A stretch of 64,000 nucleotides of DNA from Piromyces finnis finn (lineage: Eukaryota > Fungi > Neocallimastigomycota): assembly GCA_002104945.1 (NCBI GenBank), contig MCFH01000018.1, positions 682,001 through 746,000 on the forward strand. Reading direction: 5' to 3'. The notes under the pieces were generated by a model. That model saw only the letters and a program-made list of their open reading frames with translations, made no database searches and was not told the origin of the DNA. Both the position numbers and the translations under genes were made by a program. This document shows positions 1 through 11,842 of this stretch, one piece after another (the stretch's first letter is position 1; every line of letters starts with the position of its first letter).

Positions 1-722
1 TTTATTTTCTTTTTTTTTTTTTTTTTTTTTGAAATTGTTTGTATCCTTATATAAACAAATAAGCAAATTCAATGATAAATATATAGATATAAATAGATGA
101 ATGCGTATTTAAAGTGATCTTTAATATATATAATTAAATATAAGCGCCACAACTATATTAAACTAAAATTTAACTTTGTTCTTCTTTGTTTTTTATAAAG
201 TATATATCATTTATGTATTATTTTTTACATCGTTTAAATTGATAATTTAATGGTTTAATAAAACATAATATGAATATATTCCAAAAATGCTAAAAAAAAT
301 CAAGGTAAATAAAAATATTTTTTTTTTTATTAAACTTTTTGTATAAAATTTTTGTTCTTTTTTTTTTTTTTTTGTATTATTTTTTTGTTTATGTTTTACT
401 TTTCTGATTTAATTTATACTTTATTGGTAAAAATAATATTTATTAATACAAGTGATAAACTTTAAAAAATAATGAATTTCTTCTCTAATGAATACAAAAA
501 TAAAATAATAAAAAGGTAAAAAAAAAAAACAATATATATAAAAAAGGAAGGTAAAAAAAAAAAAAAAAAAAAAAGCTATAATATAAAATGTAAATATTTT
601 GATAAAAATACTTTTGTTTTATCTTTTAATAAGCTAATAATATAAAACAAAAATCTATATTACACGACTATCATTATTATTTTTATTATTATTATTGGAA
701 AAAAAATACAAAGAAAACTTTG

Positions 723-2087
723 ATGAATAAATCTGTACTAGTACAAACTACTGAAATTAAGAATGTTATCAAGAAAGGAAACTTTGTTCAATTTGTAAAT
801 TTTTTAAATAATAACAACATTAAATGGAAAGGAACAGAATTGTATCATCTATTACTTTATGCTATTGAACATCATGCTTCCCTTGATATTATTAAATACA
901 TTGAGTATCAATATGGTGCAAATGAAATTTTAGAATATCTTTTAAAACATAATATTAAATATTTTCGGTGGTTATTTAATCATCATAAATATCATAATGA
1001 TTATGTATTGAGACTTCTTTATCTTTCAAAATATCATATTAAAACTAGTAATGAAAAATTAAATAGCATGATCAAAAAAGAACAAAATCAAATCATCATA
1101 TCTAAAAGAATGTATGATTATGCTCTCCAAAAAGGTAACCATTCTATTATAAAACTTTTTCTAATAAATGATACTCAAGAATCAATTCTTGCTATAAATA
1201 AAAAATATAATTTATTACTCTATTCTGTAAAATATAATCAATATGAAATACTTATTAGCCTTCTAAAGCATTTTAATATTCAACATCAAAAAATATATAT
1301 GCCATTATTACTTGCCTCTATAAAAAGAGGACGTATAGATATGGTTAAATTAATTTTACAATATCCTATTGATATTAATAATAATAGTTATAAAAATGGT
1401 TTTACTCCTCTTATGTATTCAATATTTTATAAGCAACAACATATCATTAAATGTTTATTGGAAGCTAAAGCTAATGTCAATTGCATTGATAATCATGGTA
1501 ATACCGCATTAATTATTGCTCTAAAGAATAAACTCTATGAAATAATGAAAATGTTAATTCAATATGGAGCTAATATTAATCATACTAATTTTTACGAAGA
1601 TACTCCTTTAATAATATCTATTAAAAAAAAATATAATAAAATAGCTATGCTTCTTGTCGATAATGGGGCAGATGTGAATGCTAAAGATAGTCATGGTGAT
1701 ACTATTCTAATTTTAGCAACTAAAAGTGAAAATAAAGATATGGTAGAATATTTATTAGATCATGGAGCTAATATTAATGATAAAGATATTAATGGAAATA
1801 CACCATTATTTATTGCATATTATAATTGTATGATTGACATTATTTCAATTCTTATTAAAAAAAAAGCTAATATCAATGAAAAAAACAATACTTTAGGAAT
1901 TACTGTATTAATGCTCGCTTCCCAAAATGGTTTTCTATTAAATGTAAAATACTTGATAGAAAATGGAGCAAATGTAAATGTAAAAGATCATTATGGAAAT
2001 ACTGTTTTGAATTATGCTTCTAAAAATACATTTTATTGTAATGAAATAATTCCATATTTAAAGGCTCATGGTGCGATAAAAGTATAA
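723..2087 (+). CDS. Ankyrin repeat protein (intronless, about 9-10 repeats in the C-terminal two thirds)
   Basis: Repeated ankyrin consensus: GFTPLMYS, GNTALIIA, EDTPLIIS, GDTILILA, GNTPLFIA, GITVLMLA, each followed by LL..GA.VN. The ORF track starts at TTG 720; first ATG is at 723. Confidence 0.9.
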   Translation: MNKSVLVQTTEIKNVIKKGNFVQFVNFLNNNNIKWKGTELYHLLLYAIEHHASLDIIKYIEYQYGANEILEYLLKHNIKYFRWLFNHHKYHNDYVLRLLYLSKYHIKTSNEKLNSMIKKEQNQIIISKRMYDYALQKGNHSIIKLFLINDTQESILAINKKYNLLLYSVKYNQYEILISLLKHFNIQHQKIYMPLLLASIKRGRIDMVKLILQYPIDINNNSYKNGFTPLMYSIFYKQQHIIKCLLEAKANVNCIDNHGNTALIIALKNKLYEIMKMLIQYGANINHTNFYEDTPLIISIKKKYNKIAMLLVDNGADVNAKDSHGDTILILATKSENKDMVEYLLDHGANINDKDINGNTPLFIAYYNCMIDIISILIKKKANINEKNNTLGITVLMLASQNGFLLNVKYLIENGANVNVKDHYGNTVLNYASKNTFYCNEIIPYLKAHGAIKV

Positions 2088-2128
2088 TTTTATATTAACT
2101 ATATTTGTAAATATTAGTATAATCTTTT

Positions 2129-2162
<34 letters not shown>

Positions 2163-3563
2163 ATATAATATTTTCTAAAATGTATAATATAATAATTATT
2201 AAATAAATAATATTATATTTAAATTCATTAATTTATATATAAAATAAATTATCAAATAAAAAAAAATTGTTATAGCTATATACTATATTAATAAATATAT
2301 ATATATATAAATATATAATTACTACTATATTTATATATATAATATTATAATATTTAATAAAATTTAGAAATAAAAAAAAAAATGCGAAGATACACATTAA
2401 TAAAATTATTTTAATTTTTTAAGATAATGGATGAACCATATTTTTAATATTTTATTTATAATATATTTTTAAAATTAAAATTACTCCTTTTTTATTTGTA
2501 ATAGTTTATAAAATATTAAATAATAAAGAATCATTTGTTAAAAAGATAGTATTATTGAAAAAAAACCTTTTAATTGGATGGAATTTCCATAGAATTATGT
2601 TTTTATATTGTTGTGATTCAAAAGATTCATAGAATTTAAAAGATTAATATAATAATCATTTAATTCGAAAGTAAGATAATCAAGTGTCAATTATAACATA
2701 TAATTTTTTCTTATCATTTAGATGAATAAGACATTCCTTAATATAGAATAAATCTTGCACATAGTTATTTCCATGAATATAACCAAAAAAGTAATTATTT
2801 AATGGTGACTTTAAGTTAGTTAGTTTCATTTAAGAATAAAATAATGGATGATTTTTCAAATCATTTAAATTTACAAATTGATTTAAAGAAATTTAAACAC
2901 ATTGTAAATAATTGTCATTTTTTTTTAATTCTTTACTGAAATAACTTTTTTTAAGTATATAAATAACTGTATTTCTATTAATATTTTTATTTTATTTATT
3001 TTTATTTTTTATAAAAAGATACAATTTTTTGAATTAACATATTAATATTAAAGTTTAAATTATTATATATATAGCTTGTTCTCATGCCCTTCTTTATTAA
3101 TTTTCTTAGTTCTAATAAATATTAACTATAAAGTTTTAGAAATTAAAAATAACATTTCCTTTCGATAACATCTTCCTCTTCTAATTACCTTTTTTTTAGA
3201 ATTGTTAAATCTATTATTTTTCATCGAACTTTCTAATATATTATTATTATTATTTAACACTATCAAACGTAACTGTTGATGAGATTAATAACATATACTA
3301 CAACCTTCCATTATTCATTCATGTTTTATTGAAAACTAAATAATCATCATTTATACCATATATACCATATATATCAAATTTGTATTCTTTTTTATTTATT
3401 TATTTTCAAATTATTTACATATAAAAAATCTAAACTTTTTATTATTAAAAAAATAAAAGGATAAAGTATGGTTTAATTACCAATAATAAAATTAACTAAT
3501 AGATAAATATAGATTTTTATAAATAAAAAAATATGTAGTTTTTTTCCTAAAAATTAAATTATT

Positions 3564-5120
3564 TTACTTTTTAATAGTATTTAAAACTTTATATAATCTA
3601 TCTAAGGATAGATTGAGTTCATTTTGTTCAACAGCAAAACAAACTCTAAACCAATTTCTTTCAGATTCTGTATCTGCACTAAAGAAAGCTTGACTTGGTG
3701 AAATATAAACACCTCCTTCTAATAACTTCATCCATAAATCAAATTCATTAAGTCCAGCTTGGTGGAGATCAATGTAAATAAAGAAGCCAGCATTTCCTTT
3801 AATATATGGAATATTATGAACCTTTAGTGAACTGACTAAATGAGTGTAGTTCTTAAATAACTTACGATTATTGTTAATAATGAAATTATCAGTCCATTTA
3901 TGATCAGATAACATGTGAACAAGAATATTATCAATATTGGTTGGAATACAAGTTAAGAAACTAATTTTTTGAAGAGAATCCATAACAGTTTTAGAATATG
4001 AAATGGTAACTCCAATTCTTAATCCATTTAAACAAAAGTCTTTAGAAAATCCCCATAATCCATGAGTATTTTCTGGATCTGGAAGATCTAAAGAAAAAAT
4101 AGGGGTATATTTACACAGCTTACCATCAATAGATGTTCTAATTCTGGTAACTTCTTTGCAGCTTTTACATCGATCACAATGACAATAATAATCTTCAATA
4201 GTTTTACCTTTTTCAATATTTTGTTCAGTAATTTCCTTCCAAGTAGAAAGTCCGTAAATTTCATCACAAATTACAACTAATCCATGTGATTTAGCAAAAT
4301 TACAGAAAAGAAGAAGTTGTTCAGCACTGTAACATCGTCCAAATGGATTGTTTGGATTAGCAATGATAATACCTTTAACTGGTCTAGTAGATTCTTTTAA
4401 TGCTTTTTCTAAGGCTGCTTCATCAACCTTTAAACAATCATCTTCACAATGTGGAACTGAAATAGTATAAACTCTAGATCCATAATTAATATCAGCATGA
4501 AAACCTCCATAATATGGTCCTGGAACTAAAACAGCATCACCACTGTCAAATAATACTTGTCCATATAAATTAAGAAGTGGTCCACATCCATTTCCTACAC
4601 AAATATTTTCTTTATTTAATGAAACTTTTGGATTGAAATGACGATTAAGTAACATTGAAATTTCTTCTCTTAATCTATCAGATCCTGGGTTTGGTCCATA
4701 TAATAATTGTTCAGCGGTGACTGCTGAAGCTTCATTTATTCTACCTAATAGCTCAACATTATTTAACTTGTTTTCAGCAGTTCCGAGATTGATAATACCA
4801 TTTGGATTTATTTCTGGATGATATTTGTTATTACGAACAATAGTCATTCCTTTACTTAAAAAGAACTCATCTTTTTGAATTTCTAAAGCCCTGTCTGATA
4901 ACTTTGAACCATTGAAAGTATTTTTAATAGTAGCTTTCTTATGACTCTTTTCATTAGGAATAACCTTGAAAGATTTTTCCGAAGTTTTGACATTGATACT
5001 ATTATCGCTTAATTTTAATTTTTTAGCATTTGGAATAGCATCAATAGCATTTTCATGGACAGTATAATAATCTCTCTTCTTAGAAGAGATGCTCTTTGGT
5101 TCTAAAACTTTAATAGTCAT
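3564..5120 (-). CDS. ACC-synthase-like PLP-dependent enzyme (aminotransferase class I/II), paralog A
   Basis: Motifs GIINLGTAEN, PGPYYGGF, NPNNPFG, DEIY, the PLP-lysine box WGFSKDFCLNGLRIG, and WFRVCFA. Intronless, 518 aa. Confidence 0.88.
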   Translation of the reverse strand: MTIKVLEPKSISSKKRDYYTVHENAIDAIPNAKKLKLSDNSINVKTSEKSFKVIPNEKSHKKATIKNTFNGSKLSDRALEIQKDEFFLSKGMTIVRNNKYHPEINPNGIINLGTAENKLNNVELLGRINEASAVTAEQLLYGPNPGSDRLREEISMLLNRHFNPKVSLNKENICVGNGCGPLLNLYGQVLFDSGDAVLVPGPYYGGFHADINYGSRVYTISVPHCEDDCLKVDEAALEKALKESTRPVKGIIIANPNNPFGRCYSAEQLLLFCNFAKSHGLVVICDEIYGLSTWKEITEQNIEKGKTIEDYYCHCDRCKSCKEVTRIRTSIDGKLCKYTPIFSLDLPDPENTHGLWGFSKDFCLNGLRIGVTISYSKTVMDSLQKISFLTCIPTNIDNILVHMLSDHKWTDNFIINNNRKLFKNYTHLVSSLKVHNIPYIKGNAGFFIYIDLHQAGLNEFDLWMKLLEGGVYISPSQAFFSADTESERNWFRVCFAVEQNELNLSLDRLYKVLNTIKK

Positions 5121-7664
5121 TTTTCAAATTATATACTTTACTATATCCCTATAATATATTAAAACTAATAGACTTGAATGTTTTATTTTTTAAAAAGTTA
5201 AAATTATATAAATACTATTTAATCGAAAATGTGTGCTTAAGAAAACGATTGTAATTTATTTTTCTAGAATAGACGCTTAATAAAAAGAATTTTTTGTAGA
5301 TTTTGTTTGTATATAACATTTATTTTATATTTTCAAATTATTTCAAATATGAAATTAATAATGATATTGAAAAAAAAAAAGTTCAAATTAATTCCTTTTA
5401 TATTAAAATTTGATCTTTACAAAATGTTAAAATTAGCTTCTCTTTAGTATTAAAACATAAAAGACTATTAGACATTTAATTATAATCTTTAATTGAATTA
5501 TTAACGAATGAATAAATAGTAAATAAATAAATATTAAATAATAATTATTATTTAAATTAATAATATTTATAAATGAATAAATATCATTTTAAATAAATCT
5601 GATAACCAAAAAATCAAATAGTTCATGTCTTATGACTTATTATCAATAATATAAAAAAAATAGGCTTATCTATGATTCAAAATAATAATATTTAAATTTA
5701 TATTTTAATATATTTAAATTAATAGATTTCATATATTTATTTTTTAATCAATAAAAAATTTCTGTAAAAATTTATATCGTATATTGCAATATATTTTAAT
5801 ATATTGATAATTTCAATTTAAATCAAAAATCAAAATTTCTGTTAATTTAACAATTACCTGTCAACAAAAAAAAAATAAACAGAAAAAAGATATAATAATC
5901 TGTTGATGTTGTTGATACATAATTTATTCTAAAAGCAACATATTAGTATTTTTCTGGTTTCTATAAAAAAGTAGATTGTTTCATAAAATGCAACTTTAAA
6001 AAGAAAATTTTTAAAAGAAAAAGAAAAAGAAAAAGAAAAAAAGAAAAGAAAAGGATATCAAAAAATAAACATAGAATAAAAACAATTAATAAAAAACCAA
6101 GCTTTATTATTAAAGATTTTTCTAAACTTATTAAAAAATTGTCCTTTTCTTGTTTGTTTTCTTGTTATCTCTAAAACTTTTAATTTATAAAGCTTTTTAA
6201 TTAACATTTTAATTTTTAATAAAAAGTTTGATTTAATAAATTTAAATAATTATTTATTATATATTTTAATATTTTTACTTTTTTTTTTTATTATTAATTG
6301 TTATAATTGTTTCTATTTGTATAATCTTTTATTTTTTTAATCGATCATTTATTTAATTTGTCTTTTTTTATTTTTGTATTAAGCATCAAAGATAACACAT
6401 TCTCATGACTTGTTTTTTTTATTATCACTATGAATCTTATTAAAAATAAAGTTAATTTATAAATTAACTTTATTTTCAATAACCTAAATTTTTAGAATGT
6501 GGTTACAGGATGAATAAAAGAAAAAAAAGGTTTGGTATTGGATTTTTATCTTTTTATTAAGCCATCGTTTTTAATTACAAAATTTTATTTTTTTTTTCCT
6601 ATCAAATAATCAAAAACTACTAATTCGATAATTTCAACCTACAAACTACTAAAAATAGATCAATACAATATGATATTCATTGATAATTTACACTTTATAT
6701 TTTACAAATAATAATAATAATAATAAATTAATGTTTATATAATAAATAAAGTTAACTATTGTTACCGCCTAAAATAAGTTAGAGTTTTTACAAAATAAAA
6801 TAATTTTTTATATTTTCAAAAAATATTAACTGATGTTTAAATGTAATTTATTATATATATTATTTATATATTATATGTAATGGTGTGAATATGAAATGAA
6901 TATTTTTAATTATATTTTTAATAATCAGTTAATGAAATTATTAGTTTTTCTTTTTAAAATGTTATTTTTAAAGTACTAAAAATTAATAATCAATGAAATA
7001 CATTAATACTTTAATACTACTATTAACTTATTTTGAAATAATTTAAATTGTCAAAATATTAATAGGCATTATTGCATTATGTATTAGGATTAATATATAT
7101 ATGTTAATAAATTAATGTATAATATATATTTTTTATTTCACTAACTTACTTTAATTACTGTTTATACATTTATTCTAGTTATATATTTTATCAAATTTAT
7201 AATTTTAATAAATTAAAAAACTGAAGGTGAAATAATAAAAAGAATTTTTTTAATATACATTTATTTAATTACTATTTATTAAATTTGTTTTAATCATTTA
7301 CAGTTTGCACTGTATTAAAAAACATTGAAATTTATGTTTTAGTAAGTTCGTATTATTTAATTGCTATTTTTTTTCATTATTATATAAAATTTATAAAAAT
7401 TAATATAAATATTAAAGAATATCAAGTATTGAAATGATATTTTTAATAAAATTAGATTTTAGTAATTGATTTAAATTATATTTTAAGAAATTGTATAAAT
7501 TAATGCAATATATTTATATTTTGCATATTAATTCTTAAAAATTTTTATATTCAATTTCTTATTTAATTATTATAACATAGTGTAAAGTAATTATATTTAA
7601 GATAATATCAAAATTAAAGTATTGAAATTATTATAAGACAATAAAAACAAAATTTTTAATTTTT

Positions 7665-9534
7665 TATATAATATTTGATTAATATTTATTAAATTTGTTT
7701 TTAATTATTTACAGTTTATAGGATATTAAAAAACAAAATTAATTTCTAAAGTTAAATATTAGATAGATAGATAAATGAGTGAATAAATTAATGAATAGTA
7801 ATAGATACAAAATACAATTATTATTAACTTAAGATTATGATTCTATTAATTTAATAATAATGAAAATATAATTAATTTTTCTATTTTTAAAAAATAAAGT
7901 TTTCTTTCTTCATTTTTTAATGTTATTGATGTATAATTTATGATTTATATATTTGTTAGTATTATATGTTAATATTGGGTATTTATGTATATATTTATGT
8001 ATATAGTTATTATTAATTATAAATTATAATTTATTTTTAATGTTTAATTGAATGATTAATTTAATATTTAGTTTAATAACTTTTGTTGCTTATTTTGTTG
8101 TTTAAGAGTATCTATTACTTTATAGATTCTATCTAATGATAAGTTGAGTTCATCTTGTTCAACTGCAAAACATATTCTGAACCAATTTCTTTCCGATTCT
8201 TTATCTTCACTGAAAAAGGCTTGACTTGGTGAAATGTAAATTCCTCCTTCTAATAACTTCATCCATAAATCAAATTCATTGAGTCCGGCTTGATGAAGAT
8301 CAATGTAAATGAAGAATCCGGAATCTCCTTGAACATATGGAATATGGTGAGCATTTAATGAATTGGTTAAGTGAGTGTAGTTCTTGAGTAATTTACGATT
8401 GTTATTAACAATGAAATGATCAGTCCATTCTTGATCTGATAAAATATTAACAAGAATATTATCAATATTGGTTGGAATACAAGTTAAGAAACAAATCTTT
8501 TGCATAGCTGCCATAACTGTTTTAGAATATGAAATGGTTACTCCGATTCTTAATCCATTTAAACAAAAGTCTTTAGAAAATCCCCATAATCCATGAGTAT
8601 TTTCTGGATCTGGAAGATCTAAAGAAAAGATGGATGTGAATTTACTTTGTTTTCCATCAATATCACTTTCAATTCTTGGAGCATCTTTGTAGCTTTGACA
8701 TTGTGAACAATGACAATGATAATCTTCGATGGTTTTACCTTCTTCAATATTTTGTTCAGTAATATCTTTCCAAGTTGAAAGTCCGTAGATTTCATCACAA
8801 ATAACTATTAATCCATGTGATTTAGCAAAATTACAGAAAAGAAGAAGTTGTTCAGCACTGTAACTTCTTCCAAATGGATTGTTTGGATTAGCAATGATAA
8901 TACCTTTGACTGGTTTATCAGCATTCTTTAATGCCTTTTCTAAGGCTGCTTCATCAACCTTTAAACAATCACCTTCACAATGTGGTACCGGGATGGTATA
9001 GACTCTTGATCCATATTTAATATCAGCTTCGAAACCTCCGTAATATGGTCCTGGAACTAAAACGGCATCTCCATGATCAAATAAAACTTCTCCACATAAA
9101 TTAAGAAGTGGTCCACATCCATTTCCTACACAAATATTTTCTTTACTTAATAAAACTTTTGGATTGAAATGACGATTTAATAACTTGGCAACTTCTTCTC
9201 TTAATCTATCAGATCCTGGATTTGGACCATATAATAATTGTTCAGCAGTAACAGTTGAAACTTTTGGATCATTGATTTTACCTAACATTTCAACATTATT
9301 TAATTTGTTTTCGGCAGTTCCGAGATTGATAATACCATTTGGATTTGTTTCTGGATGGTATTTATTATTACGGACAATGATAATACCTTTACTTAAAAGA
9401 AATTCTTCTTTTTGAATTTCTAAAGCTCTATTGGATAACTTTGGACCATTGAGTGGAGCATATTCAGATTTGATATTCTTTTGAATATTTGGAACTTTTA
9501 AAGATTTTTCCTTTAAGGTAATAATCTTTCTCTT
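7665..9534 (-). repeat. Left arm of a ~1.87 kb inverted repeat (paralog B CDS plus ~400 bp of 3' flank)
   Basis: Reverse complement of 11885..~13760. The inner boundary is sharp at aagagaaagattattacc; the outer boundary is approximate. Confidence 0.85.
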
Positions 9535-9570
9535 TTTAGATATAATAGGTTCGACGGTAGCAAGAGCCAT
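8068..9570 (-). CDS. ACC-synthase-like PLP-dependent enzyme, paralog B
   Basis: Same motifs as paralog A. 500 aa, intronless. Confidence 0.88.
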   Translation of the reverse strand: MALATVEPIISKKRKIITLKEKSLKVPNIQKNIKSEYAPLNGPKLSNRALEIQKEEFLLSKGIIIVRNNKYHPETNPNGIINLGTAENKLNNVEMLGKINDPKVSTVTAEQLLYGPNPGSDRLREEVAKLLNRHFNPKVLLSKENICVGNGCGPLLNLCGEVLFDHGDAVLVPGPYYGGFEADIKYGSRVYTIPVPHCEGDCLKVDEAALEKALKNADKPVKGIIIANPNNPFGRSYSAEQLLLFCNFAKSHGLIVICDEIYGLSTWKDITEQNIEEGKTIEDYHCHCSQCQSYKDAPRIESDIDGKQSKFTSIFSLDLPDPENTHGLWGFSKDFCLNGLRIGVTISYSKTVMAAMQKICFLTCIPTNIDNILVNILSDQEWTDHFIVNNNRKLLKNYTHLTNSLNAHHIPYVQGDSGFFIYIDLHQAGLNEFDLWMKLLEGGIYISPSQAFFSEDKESERNWFRICFAVEQDELNLSLDRIYKVIDTLKQQNKQQKLLN

Positions 9571-11842
9571 TTTTGATTCTTATTTATAATTTGTTATTTA
9601 TATTCTATTAAAAATAGTGACGTTTATATAAAATTTGAAAGTTTTTAAATAAAAGATAATAAAATATTTTTAATTAAAATTAAAATTTTAATTATAATTA
9701 ATTTCAATGATTAAAATTCGCTTGTAATAAAAACAAAGAATTATATAAAAAAATTCTTTTAAAATTGAAGTAATAATTTTTTAATTCTTGATTTGATGTA
9801 TGTATGAATAATGAAATTATAAAATTTTGAAAATTCTTTTTCTTTATATATGAATTTTTAAAATTTTTAAATTTTGAATTTTTAATTTCATTTTTATTTT
9901 TCAATAATAAATAATTAAATTAATATATCATATATTAGATTACATTTAATTAATTCAATTAATATATAATTTTGTATTATCCATATATTCTATTTTTTGA
10001 TTTATTAAAAGGAAAAGTTTAAAAAATTTTAACATTTCTTTAACAAATTTAAACAGTATATTAGTTTATTTTAATCCAATTAAATGAATGAATATTTTGT
10101 AAAAATTATAGTTGATATTAGTTGATATTTAGCCAATAATATTAGAATAATTTTTAATAATTCTTTTTAATAAATAAATAAATAAATTAATAATAAATAA
10201 ATAAATTAATTAATAATAAATAAATAAATTAATAATAAATAAATAAATTAATTAATAATAAATAAATTAATAATAAATATATAAATAAATTAATAAATAA
10301 ATAAATTAAAAAATGTCAAAACAATTTAATAGTAATTTTATTTTCATTATTACTTTTTTGAAAAGGAAAGAATAAAGTTGGTTCATTCTTGATTTAAATA
10401 GCATAAAATGTTTAATTTAAAAGGAAAATAGTAGGATAAATTCTTTAAATAGTTTTGTTTTATATTTCATTTCATTCATATGTTTATTAAATATTTATAA
10501 TTAATTTTAATTAATTGAAAATTAAATGGATTACTAAATATATTTCATTTCATTCTACTTATCCATCATTTCTACTTAAAATATACATTTAAAATAAATT
10601 GAAAATAAAACTATATAATATTTAAAAATTGACGTTTCTCAATTGTTTCCACTCTTTTTTTAATATTAAATTAATATTATAGTTTATAATATCTTTATTT
10701 ATTAAGTATATATTCAAGTTTTAATCCAACGTTTTAGAAACATATAAAATGCTATTGAATTACTAAAAACTTTCTCTAAATTATAAAGAAATATAAAAAT
10801 TAAATTTGGTTTTTCATTAACTTATTTATATATCATATTTATATCATCTTTATATAATTGTATATTTTTTATTAAACTAATTTATTAGAATTAAATAATG
10901 AATTCTTATTGTAATTAGAGAAAAAGAAAAATGAAAATATAAATAAAGTTCATTTTAATAAAGTGCATTTATATTAAAAGATTAAGATAAAATGTTATGA
11001 ATGAATATAAATATTTGAATATGGAATTAAAAGAAATACATATTTATTTATAATTATTAATAATATTTCGATCGATTGGAGAGGTAACAAAGGAAGATTT
11101 CATAATATTAATTATTAATACTTTTAGTTTTTAATAAAAATAGCAGTGGATAAATTTAAATATTTCCCATTATTAAAAGTCATTAAACATTATTGAATGT
11201 TATTATATTATATAAAATAATTATTTAATAATAATAATAATAATTATACATCAAAAAAATAAAAAATGAAAAAATAAAAAAGTTTTTTTTAATAAAGTAT
11301 TCATTTGGTTTGCTTTATTATTCTAATTATGAATTATGTTTTATTTTTTTTTTTTTTAATAATTTACTTCAACAAAAGTAAATGAAAAAATGATAAAGTT
11401 TTTATTGAAAGAAAATGAAAACATTTCAATATTTTGTTGCTTAAAATTTGTTGATTTTTGAGAAATAAAATTTATTTAAATTTTTATTATTATAAAATAT
11501 TCGTGTAACAATAAATCTACAAAATCTAATGAATCAATAAATTAGAAAAGATTTTATTAATAAATAATATTAAAACTTTTTTAATAATAAATTTTTATTA
11601 TAAAAAGAAGGAAATTTCATTTTTTTGTCAAATTCATTATTCATATATCAAATCAATAATTAAAAAGTTTTCATTACAATTTTAAAAGAATTTTTCTATA
11701 ATTTTTTATTTTTATTATTACAAGCACAAAAATATTTTAATAATTAAAATTAAAAAAAGTTTACTATTTTAATTTATTTTTAATATAAATTTATCATTTA
11801 CAAAATTATATAACCAATTTATAATTTATAAAACTACACAAA

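Noticed and set aside
9185-9415. 76-aa ORFs antisense to ACS-like paralogs B and C (also 12004-12234)
   Set aside because: Shadow frames of the real CDS; they are identical only because the host genes are identical.
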